64,000 nt of DNA, from contig CAUYUJ010000001.1 in assembly GCA_963575745.1 (NCBI GenBank), forward strand, positions 2,976,001 to 3,040,000, written 5' to 3'. The stretch comes from Prorocentrum cordatum (taxonomy: Eukaryota). Shown one piece after another: positions 1-12,400 of this stretch. Below the pieces are notes generated by a model. That model had not been told where the DNA came from. It ran no database searches and saw nothing but the letters and a program-made list of their open reading frames with translations. The translations under genes were made by a program, and so were the position numbers. Numbering within the stretch: position 1 is the stretch's first letter; each line of letters starts with the position of its first letter.

Positions 1-426
1 CGACAGCCCCTCGGTGGTGTACAAATAAGCACAGCCAGCCAAAATCGGCGGCCACCCTGGTATGTCTAACATCGCAAAAAGTAGACGGTGTTCGACGAGT
101 ACCCCTCGCGGTAGGTGTGGAGGCCAACGAAGTCCGATACTCGTCCTGGCAAAAATCGCTACTCCAGCCGACGTCTGCCCCGCATCGCAGGGTACCGAAG
201 GTGTGTAGAGCATATGCCATCCCATACCAAGAGCTGTTGCAATCTTGTCACCCACATCTTCGGCCGTGATCCCGATCTCCTGGGCGAGCAGAACCAAGGC
301 TGAGCTCCGCGCAAGACGTTCCGAGAGCGTGCCCCAGCTGTTACCGTCATAGGACTCGCACACAAACAGGAAATTGTCTGCCGTGGGGTCGTCGGCAATC
401 GGAGTTGGCGGACAGCCTGACCCCAT
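1..426 (-). CDS. LINE ORF2 N-terminus: APE/EEP-type endonuclease (runs off left edge; true start uncertain)
   Basis: Hand translation of the frame not listed in the track gives FLFVCESYDGNSWGTL...LVLLAQEIGI...SAGVAIFAR...GCAYLYTTEGLS, which are APE motifs. The frame stays open from at least 960 to base 1 and overlaps the ORF1 end. Nearest in-frame ATG is at 424-426. Confidence 0.8.
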   Translation of the reverse strand, partial: MGSGCPPTPIADDPTADNFLFVCESYDGNSWGTLSERLARSSALVLLAQEIGITAEDVGDKIATALGMGWHMLYTPSVPCDAGQTSAGVAIFARTSIGLRWPPHLPRGVLVEHRLLFAMLDIPGWPPILAGCAYLYTTEGLS

Positions 427-685
427 GGCCGAAATCTTGAAACCAGTGCACAGCGGCTGGCCTGCGAACGGGGCCAGACTAGAATGCTTAACGTGATCTC
501 GGTCCCTCCCATGATACGAGCATCTGAGTTCGTCACTCGAGACGCCCGAAGGGAGGATCCGCTCCTGGTGTGAAAAGGTGCCGTGGGAAAGCTCCGCTCG
601 CCGAAGGCTGCTGCTGTCGTGCCGCTGCACTCCCGAAGAAGTGCTCAGAACACGACGTCCATGTAGTGCATCATGATGTGCGCCG

Positions 686-1732
686 TCAAAGATGCCCTGG
701 AGCTGGTGGCGCCGCCGTCGGTACTGTTCCCGTTGAAGGCGCAGCTCCTGGCGAGAGCACCCGAACCTTCTTGAACTTGGCGGCCACCAGCGTTTGCACG
801 ATAACCCGTTTATCGCTTCGGTGCTGCTCCCAGAAACTTTCAGCCTCTGCGGTGGACACGAAAGCATCATCCATTTGAGCATCACCAGAACCATCATCCG
901 CAGCTTCAGTACGCGGCTCCTGCTTCGTCCTGGACTGGGAGTAGAGCTGCGTGAACTGCTTGAACGCGTCCGTCTGGATGAGCGTTTTGACTTCGTCTTC
1001 GCCTTCCAGCAGATGGTCAGGAATAGTGAAATCAAAATCGCCACCACCAGCGACCAGAGGAGACTGCTTGAGCTGGCCCCTGATATCGTCGATCTCGGCC
1101 TTGAGCACGATCTGCTTCGCCTGAAGCTCGTCCCTCTTGGCCGTAGCATCCTTGATCGCCTTCTCTTGCTCCTCGGCTTCCTCGACTGCCTTTCTGAGTT
1201 GACTCTCCTTGCGCGCCAGCTTGTGACCCAAGTTGATGTGCTGCGTAACGTCACTCTTCTGGCCTTCGATCTGCTTGCGCCCATCACGGAGTTGGGCCTC
1301 AAGAGACTTGCGGGCTTCATCCATGTACTCACTCTTGCATGCTTTGATCGCCGTTTCCAACTCGTTGGCCTTGGCGACCAAGGCATCAGGTTTCTCATCT
1401 TTATCATCAGCGCCACTTCCCCTCCCACCACCGTGACCGTTGGACGGGACGTCCTTGGTGGGCGGGGTTTGCTTGGTGAGCTGATCCAACTGCTTCTGCA
1501 TGGCGGCAAGCGCCTTGGCGAGTCCGACATCCTTGGGCTGCCCACGCGGAGCACCACCGCCACCACGAGCAGGAGGGTTGCCACCACCAAACGACTTGGC
1601 GCGCTGAAGGACGTGTGCTGGTGCCGCTTCGCCGCAGCGGCACTTGAGGCGACACGCCCAGTTACTCGTTCTTCCACAGGACTGACATCCCCAGAGAGGA
1701 AGTTTCGGTCCTTTGACCATGTCATTGTTCAT
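686..1732 (-). CDS. LINE ORF1 (gag-like): N-terminal RanBP2-like Zn finger plus coiled coil, 348 aa
   Basis: WGCQSCGRTSNWACRLKCRCG motif, long heptad-rich helical region, lies directly upstream of the APE ORF. Confidence 0.8.
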   Translation of the reverse strand: MNNDMVKGPKLPLWGCQSCGRTSNWACRLKCRCGEAAPAHVLQRAKSFGGGNPPARGGGGAPRGQPKDVGLAKALAAMQKQLDQLTKQTPPTKDVPSNGHGGGRGSGADDKDEKPDALVAKANELETAIKACKSEYMDEARKSLEAQLRDGRKQIEGQKSDVTQHINLGHKLARKESQLRKAVEEAEEQEKAIKDATAKRDELQAKQIVLKAEIDDIRGQLKQSPLVAGGGDFDFTIPDHLLEGEDEVKTLIQTDAFKQFTQLYSQSRTKQEPRTEAADDGSGDAQMDDAFVSTAEAESFWEQHRSDKRVIVQTLVAAKFKKVRVLSPGAAPSTGTVPTAAPPAPGHL

Positions 1733-1838
1733 CGGTGCTCCTCCAGGAGCTCACTGGAAGAGAATCACTGTCGTACCGAGCCAAAAAGACTCGCACCAGC
1801 TGCTGCCGCTCTGAAGAAAGCTGGTGCAAGCCCAAAAA

Positions 1839-1856
1839 CTTGGGCCAGAACGGCTG
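1839..1856 (-). other. Spliced-leader relic at LINE 5' end
   Basis: Minus strand CAGCCGTTCTGGCCCAAG vs SL TAGCCATTTTGGCTCAAG. A weaker relic AGTCTTTTTGGCTCGG lies at about 1776-1791. Confidence 0.65.
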
Positions 1857-2349
1857 AGGAGGAGGAGGAGGAGGAGGAGGAGGAGGAGGAGAGAGGAGCA
1901 CCCCATCGTTCCCAATCACACTCCCTTGTCCTCCACACCCTCTCTCCTCGACCCCGTCCGCTCGCGGCGGGATGACCGGCGGCGCCTGCAGCAGCGGGTC
2001 CGGCAGCCTTAGGTCCATCCTGCGGAGGAGCAGGGCGACGAGGCGACCGAGGCGAGGGTGGAGACGAGGTGGACGGAGGACGAGGGAGAAGGAGGGAGGA
2101 GGAGGAGGGAGGAGGGGCGATGAGGAAGGAGGAATGCGAGGAAGGAGGAGGGAGGATGGGGAGGGACGAGGGCCCTCCAGGTAAACGGAGGAGGCAGGGA
2201 GGATAGAGGGAGGAAAGAGCAACGAGGAGGATGGCGAGAAGGAAGAGGAGGGAGCGGCGAAGAGGGAAGGCACCCCTCCGAACCCTCGCGCTCGGCCCTG
2301 AAACCTGTCGCATGCTGGCTGATCCCTCTAGGAGCGGCATCGAAGGGGA

Positions 2350-3380
2350 GGAGGACGAGGAGGAGCCTTGACACCCTGGCACAATGAAAACGCACGACGA
2401 ATAATGCTCTGGTCAATATCCGGGGTGTTACAAACTAATTGGACGGGTGTGCCGTGGTTTCGCCTAGTGCCTGGTTGATGGCCAATCCTGGGCGCCTTGT
2501 GGGGGCCCCGTATGCTGGGGGCACCACATCATTTACACCGCGACCTTTCATCCAATAGCCTGCACCACATCGCCTGCAATGCATACCTTACAACACATGT
2601 GGTGCACCATGCGAAGCATGTATGACATACGATGCAGCCTGGATCTTGCACCGCGTAGCCTGCATCAATGTTTTTCTTCATAGCTTGCACCATGTAGGTC
2701 GCACCATATAACTTGCACCGCAGTGATGGCAGCACGCAGCTCTCACCGCATAGCGTGCAGCACATATACACTGCACCGTACACAGAACGCATGTTTGCCA
2801 GCGTGGGCCCCAACACCGAGTTATTGCACTGTGGATGTGTAGCGCATGTGGTGTCATATGAGTGGTGGGCGCTACGTGGTGCAACACATGTGGCGCACTG
2901 TATGTGGCGCTGTGTAATCAATGCATTGCAAGCTATTTGGTGCGAGCTGTGTGGTGCAAGATCTGGGAGGCACCCTATGCTGTGCACAAGCTGGGCGTCA
3001 AAATGCGTGATGCGTTCTGTTCATGGTGCACTATGGTGTAACATCTGCGTTGCAGCATGTGGTGCAAGCTATTGGATGCAAGCTATGTGCTGCAGCCCAT
3101 TTCGTGTGGTGCGATCGATGTGGGGCACCCAGCGCACGGGGCGTCCACGAGGCGGACACGTGCGGGCACTTGGTGAAACCCCAACGCACCCACCAAGCGC
3201 TCGGGGTCCCCACAAGGCGCCCACGATTGGCCATCAACCAAGCACCAAGCGAAACCACGGCACACCCGTCCAATTAGTTAGAACCCTGCTCAATGCAAGC
3301 ACTGCTTGGGGGGGGCATCTCGAGCATGCCTCGTCGTGCATGTTCACTATGCCAGGGTGTCAAGGCTCTTCCTGGTCCTC
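2350..3380. mobile_element. About 1-kb imperfect palindrome (foldback/MITE-like)
   Basis: 2433-2510 is the near reverse complement of 3202-3279. 2358-2389 mirrors about 3342-3375, and 2551-2585 mirrors about 3046-3076. Confidence 0.7.
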
Positions 3381-5811
3381 CTCTCTTGTCAATTCCCCAC
3401 CGTCTAACATCATGACTTGCACCACATAGCTTGCACAACATTGATGAAAGCATGTAGCGCTCACCGCATAGCGTGCAACACATACATTGCACCATATTGC
3501 ACATACACCGAACGCATGTTTGTCAGCACTAGACCAAAACAGTGAATTACTTAACTGTGGATGTATGACGCATGTGGTGCAGAGTATGTGGTGTACGCTA
3601 TGTGGTGATATACATGTGGTGCGCGATATGTGGTGTAAGCTGCGCGATGCCAGTTACGTGGTGTAACCAAGGCGGTGCAAATGGAGCGGTACAGCACGCG
3701 TGGTTTAAAAGCTATGTGGTGTAAGACCTGCGGCCCAGTGTACGTAGAAGTTACGCGGTGCCAAATCCATGATGCGAGCTCTGTGAAGCAAACTGTGCGG
3801 TGTAGTGTACGTGTGTGTGTGTGTGTGCGCATGTACGCGGTGTAAACGACGTGGTGTCACTGAACATTTGAAATTCACGTACACGGTAAGAGCTAGGCTG
3901 TGCAGTCCATGCGGCGCAGGCAGCGTGGAGCAACACGGGTGGCGCAAGCCACGTGGCCCCCGACGGGGCGCCCACGAGGCGCCCACGGGCGGCCACCAGG
4001 AGCGAGCCTGGCCCGGAGGAGGAGGAGGAGGAAGAGGAGGAGGAGGAGGAGGAGGAGGAGGAGGAGGAGGGAGGAGGGGAGGGAGGGAGGGAGGGAGGGA
4101 GGGAGGGAGGGAGGGAGGACTGGACTGGTCCTCCAGAGGAGGCGGTCGGAGGCCTCATGCGTGGCCGCCTTTTCGTGGGGGGCGCCTGGGGCCCGGGAGG
4201 GCCGTCGTGCGCGACCCCACGCCGACCAAGCTTGAGTCCGCCTCCGCATTCTGAAGGGGGAGGAGTGGGTGGAGCTGGGCTACAGGCCCCGCCCTCCCCA
4301 GCACCGTCCCGTCTTCGGAAGTGGGGGGTCGGAGAAAAGCCTGGCCGTGGAGGGGGAATTGGCCAATCGGAGGAGAGCCGGAGGGCCTCTCCGATTGGAG
4401 CTCTTGCATGACCTTCCGACCGAGGCCCTGCCAGTGCATGGCGCAGATGCGTGGCGCGGCGTCGGAAGGAAGGGGGGGAGAGCCATTCCCAGGGAGAGGA
4501 GGGGGGAGGGGCCAATCCACCTGAACCTCAGCGTGCCCAGCCTGGCTCTGCCCGACCCTCCGGCTCCGGAGGGAGGGAGAGGAGGTGGGACGCAGGCAAG
4601 GAGGACGGGCCGAGCGGAGGAAAGGCGAGCTTTTAGTCCGCCACTGGGCCCCAGAACCTCGACACAGCGAGGTCAATGTCTCTGGCGAGGGTGGCTGCCT
4701 CCGCGAATCCGGCCTCCCCTGGGCGGACCGAGAGGATCTCGCGGACCGCTGCTTCCCTGGACGGCGGAGGCGGGGAGCCGCGCGCTGCCCAGAATGCCGC
4801 TCTCGCCACGCCAGTGTTGCTGCAGCTCCCCAGGACATGCAGCATGGGGCTGAGAATCTGCCCCTGACAGCAGACACAGACCTGCCGTCGGGCCCTCGAG
4901 CGGACTCCTGCTGAGTGGCTCAAGACAAGGAGCTGGCACCGGAGCCGACTGAGGGAGCGCTGGCCGAAGAGGGCCGTGCTGGGCAGGCGCAGAGAGAGCG
5001 CTGTGGAAAGGTCATCCCGGGGCACTGGGCCGAGCGAAAGCGGGGCGGGCACTCGGACCCGCGTGTGCAGTCGTAGGCGTAGGGCTGCGCTGCATCTGGC
5101 CTTGAGGGTGTCTCGGATGTGTGCTTTGTACGCCGGGAGGGCGGACTCCCCCCTTGCAGCGCCGACCCAGGCAGGCGGACCCAGGAGGAGGAGGAGGAGG
5201 AGGAGGAGGAGGAGGAGGAGGAGGAGGGAGGAGGGAGGAGGGAGGAGGGAGGGAGGGAGGGAGGGAGGGAGGGAGGGAGGGAGGGAGGGAGGGAGAGGAG
5301 GAGGAGGAGGAGGAGGAGGAGGAGGAGGAGGAGGAGGAGGAGGAGGAGGAGGGAGTCACGGCCGCAGCGGGCAGCAGGCGAAACGTCGGCACAGCCGGCC
5401 CAGCGCACGACGCACACGCGGGGCGCCCACGGGCGGGCCCCGGGCGAGGCCTCGACGCGCCCACCCAACGCACGCCCACGAGGCGCCCAGGACCAGCCAC
5501 CAACCGGGCACCACGCAGACCCTTCGACGCACCCCTCCAATCACTCAGGACGCAAACATGAACCCCTATGGCGAGCACCGTTTGGGGAATGGCAAAAGCT
5601 TGCAGCGCACCTGTCGCACATCGGTGGCGCAAGAGCCCACTGCTTGGTGCCCACGCTGGCTCGAATCGCAATGCCTGCCTGTGATCACAGGCCGCGGCGC
5701 GCGCGATAAACAAAACCGACTTTCCAACGGAGTCGTGGTCTCACTTGAAGATATAGCGGTCACAACCGTGACTAGAACGAGCGCCCGACCGTCAGGAAGG
5801 CGGTCGACAGG

Positions 5812-5862
5812 CGCGACCAAAAACGGCTCCGCTGCGGCGAAAGGCTTGGGCCAGAACGGTTG
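5812..5862 (-). other. Two tandem orphan SL relics
   Basis: ACCGTTCTGGCCCAAG (5845-5860) and GAGCCGTTTTTGGTCGCG (5812-5829). 5845-5859 is identical to 1839-1853. Confidence 0.5.
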
Positions 5863-7499
5863 CAGCCGTGAGAAAGGAGCCCTAGTTCGGAGGCGGCGCG
5901 TGGTTTCCACTCGTCCTGAGGGGCAACGATAGGGGGGGACTGGCACAGGAGGGGATGCATCGACCTGGAATCGGCGATACATCGCCGATAGAACGGCGAT
6001 GGGCCCCCGATAGTGAATCCGCACCTTCCTGTGCAGGTTGGGACCATCGGGCCCCCTATCGGCGATCAGTGGGCGATTTGGGGTCGGTGCATCTATGCCC
6101 ATCCCCCCCCCCATCGTTGCCCCTGACGTCCACGGTAGGTGTCGCGGGCCACTCTCCAGCGGGCGTAAGGGGAGGGCCCCGCGGGCCAGCAGCCAGGCTC
6201 TGCCTCCCCGGAGCGGCGCGGCCGCCGTGCCCGCGGAGGCATGTGCGAGCGCACGCGGGACCGGCCGGGGCCGCCCTGGAGACGTTGTCTGCCCGCCGCG
6301 GTCGGGGCGAGCAGGCTGCGAGGATCCTCCTCCTCCTCCTCCTCCTCCTCCTCCTCCTCCTCCTCCTCCTCCTCCTCCGCGCCACCCAAACCTTTTTACA
6401 GTCCAGCGAAGCCCAATGGCACAGGAGGACATAGGAGGGGGAGGAGGAGGAGGACGGAGCGGGGGGGAGGCCAGAGAGGGAGAGAACGAATTCCGACCGA
6501 TTAGTTAGTCCGGCGGGACGGGGCGAACCTGCAGCCGCGGCGCAGCGACCCCACGCGAGACACGACGAATGCTGCCGCGGAGTGCGTGCTGTGGGGGGGG
6601 TGGCGGACGAGCGGGCCCCCCAGAGTCCAGAGGCACTCGCAGAGAGCAGACACTCCACCCCCAGAAGTGGCATCCCGGCAGGCGAGGACGTTCAGTAAAC
6701 GCACCCATGGAAGTAATCGAACAAGGCAGGGCTGCGTAATAAAACGCCCAGAGCCGTCGAGCAAACGTCAAAATCGTCGGGGTCGTGGTGGTTTGTGTTC
6801 CTCCCTTGAGCTCGGCACTCGGCCCCACCTTCCGTGCGGATCTCGCGCCTGTTTCCTGGGGGCCCCTGGGGCCCGGAACGGGCCCCCAGAGGGGCCCGCG
6901 CCAGGGCGTCGCCGCCTGCCGCAGCCGAGGTGGGGTAACCCACAGAGGAATGGGGACGGAGGAGACGCCGACGGCCGCCCGGTGAACCGGCCCTCTGCGA
7001 CCGCGGAGGGGACCCTTCTGCGCTGATGGGACGCACAGAGGCATACTAGTACTAGGTGTTCTCCTTGGATGCGCGCGTCCGACCCGAACATCTTGTATAA
7101 CCATTTTGTAATATATCGATTCTCGAGCGGGACGCATGTACTACAAGATTTCTCGGTGCGCGCGTCGCCCCTAGCGGGGCGACGCAAACATAGCATGAGT
7201 GTGTTGGGGCGACGCCGAGCTGAGGCCAGGCCCCCCTCCTTCTCCTCGGCCTCCTCCACCTCATCAATCCATTTTCCTTACAGTTAACCCCGCCGTACTC
7301 CCAGATATGTGAGTAGAGCGAGCCGGGCGTTACGCCTCAGACTTCCTCGCCATGCCGCTTACGATCCAGAAGCTTGACACCCTCATCAGTTCAACGGATG
7401 GAGCACATGTCGCTTTCGAATGTGGATCTCGCCGTAACACCGCGCACATTGCCCTTAGAAGCCTGTTAAACAAGTAACACCTGCTAACTGGGTTCCACG

Positions 7500-7900
7500 C
7501 TTGCGGCCCCGTCGTGGCCGAAACGCGTGAAAACACGTGCCGAACGCACGCGTGCCGAGACTCACGTTGGAGACCCCCCCTCCGCACACGTGATGCTACG
7601 TGTCCAATTCCGGCGCAAGAATTCGGCACCTGCCAGTTGGGTCATTCGCTTGCGGCCCCGTCGTGGCCCGAAGCGCGAAAACACGTGCCGAACGCACGCG
7701 TGCCGAGAATGATGGAGACCCCCCTCCGCACGCGTATTTTTACATGTCCGAAACGGCGCAAGAATTCGGCATCTGCCAGTTGGGTCCCTCACTTGTGGCC
7801 CCGTCGTGACCTGAAACGCGTAAAAACACATGCCGAACGCACGCGTACAGAGACTCATGTTGGAGACCCCCCCTCCGCAAACGTATTCTTACGTGTCAAA
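7500..7900. repeat. Three tandem copies of an about 150-bp unit
   Basis: ggccccgtcgtg...aaaacacgtgccgaacgcacgcgt...ggagaccccc recurs at about 7505, 7654 and 7797. Confidence 0.8.
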
Positions 7901-8337
7901 TTCAAGCGCCGCTGATCGACACCTTTTTGGTACATGGCCTTTCGCCCGCAAACTTAAATAGAACCTTGGGCAGGAGCCCTTGCAGTGAAAATGGGGAATA
8001 TCGTTTGAGACATCTTCGAACCTCATGGCCAAACGAGCATGCAACCTTGTGTTCAACAGTTGCACTTACACGTCTAGGGTGGTCTTGATAAAAAAACGGT
8101 GATCTCGCTGGGCACTTCGTTGAATTGTGTGATCTCGAACTTCCCCAGTACGCGCAAGAATCATGCAAGCCAGATGCTTTCCAGAACGGGGCGCTCTCGC
8201 CCGAATGGCATGCCATTGGGAGACTGACCCGTCCGAGGGAGCACCTCTTGCAATAGAGAAAAAGTCTCGTGTGGACTTCCGAGGCGGGACGGGGGGGGTG
8301 TATTGCAGCATCGTTGGTCCATCTTGGGTCTGCTCTG

Positions 8338-8376
<39 letters not shown>

Positions 8377-8570
8377 TTCCTCCTCTTCCTGCTCCTTCTC
8401 CTGCTCTTCCGCCCTCGTGTCCTCCGCCTCCGCCATCTTCACATTCACCTCCTCCTCCTCTTCCTCCTCCTCCTCCTCCTCCTCCTCCTCTTCCTCCTCC
8501 TCCACGACCACGACCTCCTCCTTGTCCTTCTCCTATCATTCCAGTCCTGTTCCTAGAGCAAAGGGGCGTC

Positions 8571-8629
8571 CTGCTGCAGGACCACAGCAGGCTGGCCAAT
8601 TCGTGGGCCTCTATGTCGTCCGTCCGCTC
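8571..8629 (-). CDS. Putative host micro-exon ERTDDIEAHELASLLWSCS (OPR/RAP-repeat-like)
   Basis: CAG|G acceptor and CAG|GA donor. ELASLLWS resembles the octotricopeptide repeat core. Non-repetitive island among microsatellites. Confidence 0.4.
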
Positions 8630-9359
8630 CTGCGGGGCTCGACACACGATGGGAGGGATGGGGATCGGAAGGAGGGGGGGGAAGGGGAACAGGAATTGGG
8701 GAGGAGAGGAGTGGGAGGGAGGAAGGGGGGGGGAGAGGAGGAATTGGAGGAGGACGAGAGGGCGAGGACTGTGGGACGGAGGGAAGGATGGAAGAGGCAA
8801 GATGGCGTGAAGGAGCGAACGCGGAATACAAAACGGAGGGATCTCCTCCCCCCTTTGCATTGTCCTTCCCCCCGCCCATACCGCCCTACCGTCGTCCTGC
8901 TTCCTTCGCCTCCTCCTTCTCGAGCTCCATGCGCGGGCCGCCCGCCATGTCTGAACGCCTGTTTCGAATCCTGCCCTACTGGCGGAGACGGCGGGGGACG
9001 CCCCCTGTTCAGCTTCACTGCGTTTGCGCCCGGGCGCGGTACATAGCACGCCAGCTTAGCGAAGGCCTGCCACGACAGACAGTATGGCACGTGTGCCTGT
9101 TGCTTCTTGAATTGGGTTGACATCGACGTCGATCTAGTGGCATGCAGACTCAAGACACGTGCCGAACGAGTGGGCACCCGCAGCTTGCTGCTTTATATGT
9201 AGAAACTGCGGCAGAATTCAGACACGACGCTGGGCGATCCCGGCAGTGGACAAATGTTGTGGAAGCGCCCATATTCGTGGCACCGTGTGCAAGAATGGGG
9301 ACGAGCCACTCGGCTAGCTGCTGCGACCTGCGATCCACGAGTAATAACTACCCGCCTAT

Positions 9360-12300
9360 CTACAGCATAGCTGCCTGGCCCATCCAAGCCAGAAGGAGAG
9401 GACGAGGAGAATTGCGCCGCTGCTTCCCATTCGGCTTCGATGTTGACCGTCCTGCCAGCCATCGCTCGAACTCTCCTGTCGGCAGCGCCGCGGCGCAGCC
9501 AGTGCATTTCCACGAGCCGCGCGGCGCCTTCGCAGACGCCGCGCAAGCCCGGCACTTCGGCTTCACCGCGGAATCTGTGCTCCACATCCACGGCGAGAGC
9601 GCCAGCTCTGGCTCTCGAACCTCGCACTGAATGCAATCTCGCACTTTCTCCTTGAAGCTGGCAAAGAGTGCGCTCCGCGCCCGCGCAAGATGCCCTTTTC
9701 TCTTCTCGCGCCCGCGCACGCCTTGCATTTCCCTTCTGCGACTGCCACTTTCTCCTGCGTGGAAGCCGAGACCTCGCCGCGCCTTTTTTTTTGTCTGGCC
9801 GCGCTTCGCGCGTGGAAACGTTGCCTCGTCTCGGGCTTCCCTCTTGCGCGCCATGCTGATCCGCTCCTCGATGCTCCAGTCCGCCCTTGCGAAGTCAGTC
9901 GCCGCCTCCTCGCGCGCGCAGCGGGAACGCGTCAGCTCCCGCTTCAGCTCGTCGCAGTCTGCGCACGCCCCTCCTTTGCATCGGGCGCCCATGCCCGCTC
10001 CCATTGTTACTGCGCGAACTACCTACGCACGTCCGCCCCCCGCGGGCAATGCGTTGCCTTCGCCCCGGGCAGTCCGCGCAGCGCCGCGACGTCAGCTACG
10101 AAGGGCGGCGCTGGGAAGCGCGGAGGGCATCCTGGCCCTTCCACAGACTGCACCCCATGCGCTGCCACGGCGTGCCCACGCACTTCTTGCCTTCCAGGCA
10201 CAAGCTACACGCGCGGAGCCGTCGTCCCGACTCCGCTGCCCAAGGGCGCGCTGGTTCTTGCTCTTCGCCGACGTGCGCAGCGCGCACCTCCCCGCAGGTA
10301 TAAATTCCACATCGATGGCGCCCCAGCCCAGGTCGCCCCCGCGCAAGGATTGCAAAACCAACGCGGGCCCCTTCCGTTCGCCCAGGGCGTCCGGCGCGCG
10401 GTCGAAAGGCCGAAACTTTAACGCGCCCTCGCGCCGTCGAGCCCGCGCCGGAGCCGCGTCTCCCGACGACGGCGACGTGCCCCCCTTCGATTCTCACGTC
10501 GACAATGGCCCTTGCTGGAAGGTCTGGCCCCGTGCTGGGTGAGCCGCGACTCCGAACGCAGGCGCCGAGGAGAACGGCCGTCGCCTCCCTGTCGAACGCG
10601 GACGCGGAAGGCCCGCGCCCGCGACCAATCCTACTCCCGCAGCGTCCACGGGTGCAGGCCAGGCGCCTGCAGCTTTGGAATCGCCCACTTCCATGGAACG
10701 CCTGCAACTCCCCCATCAGGGCCCAAGCGGCAACATAGCATCCTCGCCGCCGCGCGCCACGGGGCCAACCCTTTCGTCGCCATCGCACGCCCGCGAACGC
10801 ACGCGCCCCGCCCGTCCGCGAAGGAAGCGCCGTGCGCGAAGGAGGTAACTGTCTTCGCTGCAGTCGACGCGAACGGTCAGCGCGACGGGCATGCATCCCG
10901 CGACGGGCAGGAATCCACGCAGGCCCCCACTCTCTTTGTCGCGGTGCTGCGACCAGCCCATCTTCCGCAGCGGTCGATCTAGCCGTTCTCGCAGCGCGTC
11001 TGGTGCAGGCGCATCGCGCGCCGGCGCGATCGCCGTGGTCTTTCGCGCGCGCGGGCGTGCTGCGCCGCCCTAAGTTTCATTGACTCGTACTTGACGTCGT
11101 CGTTCGGGAATGCTCCAGGCGCGCGCCGACACTTCTCCGCGTGCACTGGCGAGTCGTCTGGCCCGTCGATTACATGGCAGCGCCGTTCGCGTTTCTGCTG
11201 GCAAGACTGGCATTCCTGACCTCGGATGTCTCGAGATCTCTCAGGGCGATGACGACGCGCCCCAACCGTCGCCCCCAGCGGCCAGCGCCCCCCCTCCGCC
11301 GCCACGCAGAGCTTTACACTTCGCACTCCCGCGCGGAACCTCCCCGCTGAGCCAGCTCCCTGGAGCGCTCGCGCCCCTCCCGCGCAGGGGCGCGCGCGAA
11401 TTCTCCGCCAGCGCTCTGGCGCGAAACTCCCCCCGCGCAGCCTTGGGCCACGCGTCGCCGCAGCGCTCGCGCTCCTCCAACTCTGTCACGCCCTGAACCC
11501 CGCCCTCACTACCACGCCGCAAAAGCGCTATCTTGCCCCCGCGGCGCTGGGGGTCGAGGCAGACTGCCAGGCTGCCGCGATGCGCTCGGTGAGCACGTCT
11601 GCGAAAAACCCTCTGTCCTACGGCGGCAACTGCCCGGCGCCCCCGCTCAAAACCACATTCGAACCGCCGAGCGATAGCAGCACTACGCCATCATCGAGTT
11701 CCTGCGCGCCCACGTCCCAAATAATGCCAAGCAGCTTCGCGTCTACCTCTGCGAGCAGTCGGGCGCTCACCATGCTGATCTCGTCGAGGAACAACCACCT
11801 CCACTGCAGCGCGCGCTTCGCCGCTACGTACTGGAGCTTCGCATCGTCTCCCTTCTCGCCCCGGCTTGGTTTCCACGCGCGCGGTGCACGGTGCCCCCGC
11901 CGAGCAGCTGCACCATGACTGCCTGGAAGGCCGCGATCTGGAAATGCACGCCAATGGCCCACTGCTGCAAGTATTCAAAAACCTCTTCGCGCAGAACCGC
12001 AGTACGAGCGACTTCCCCGTGCCTGGCCTCCTTGCATGCAACGCCGCAACGGTTCGCCCATGTCTCCGCCCCCTCCGGCCTCTCCGCCCAGTTCTCGCAT
12101 TGCACTTCTGCGACCTGCCTGACCGCATATCGTGCTTTCGCGCTTTCACTGCACGCCGCCCGGTCTGCTCGTCTTCTCTGGTCTTCAGCTTTCTGAGCCA
12201 CTCCGCCGCGCCGGCGGACGTCGCCCCCGCCAGCGATTCAACCTTCCCTCCGCGCCACTCGGTCGGCCATTGTCTGCTTTTGCTTCGAGATTTCCGCGCT

Positions 12301-12400
12301 GCAGCCAGCGCGCCGTCCAGGTCGCAGCGCGCCGCCTTCGGCCACTCATTCCCCACCTCGCTGAACGATTTTTTGCATGCGCCACCCAATGACGAGACGT
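9360..12400 (-). pseudogene. Decayed Pif1-family helicase (Helitron-like element) with C-terminal Cys-rich region
   Basis: Walker A PGTGKS (about 12010-12030), WLFLDEISMVSARLL (Walker B), GGSNVVLSGGAGQLPP (motif III), FLPVAGCMPVALT. Motifs are split across frames by frameshifts. Confidence 0.75.

Larger units (their letters stand above)
1..1856 (-). mobile_element. Non-LTR retrotransposon (LINE), 5' portion, headed by SL relics
   Basis: ORF1 plus ORF2 arrangement; 5' end coincides with an SL-like sequence abutting a (GGA)n tract. Confidence 0.78.

Noticed and set aside
794..1975. 393-aa plus-strand ORF
   Set aside because: Antisense shadow of LINE ORF1.
4915..4925. TGGCTCAAG plus-strand match (similar at about 25344 and 27149)
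   Set aside because: Too short, lacks the T-tract and an associated gene, so it was not called an SL relic.
3751..6673. Many poly-E/G/R/S ORFs
   Set aside because: Translations of (GGA)n and (GGGA)n microsatellites.
8940..8985. TTCGAATCC T-loop-like motif (tRNA?)
   Set aside because: No cloverleaf or A-box could be built around it.
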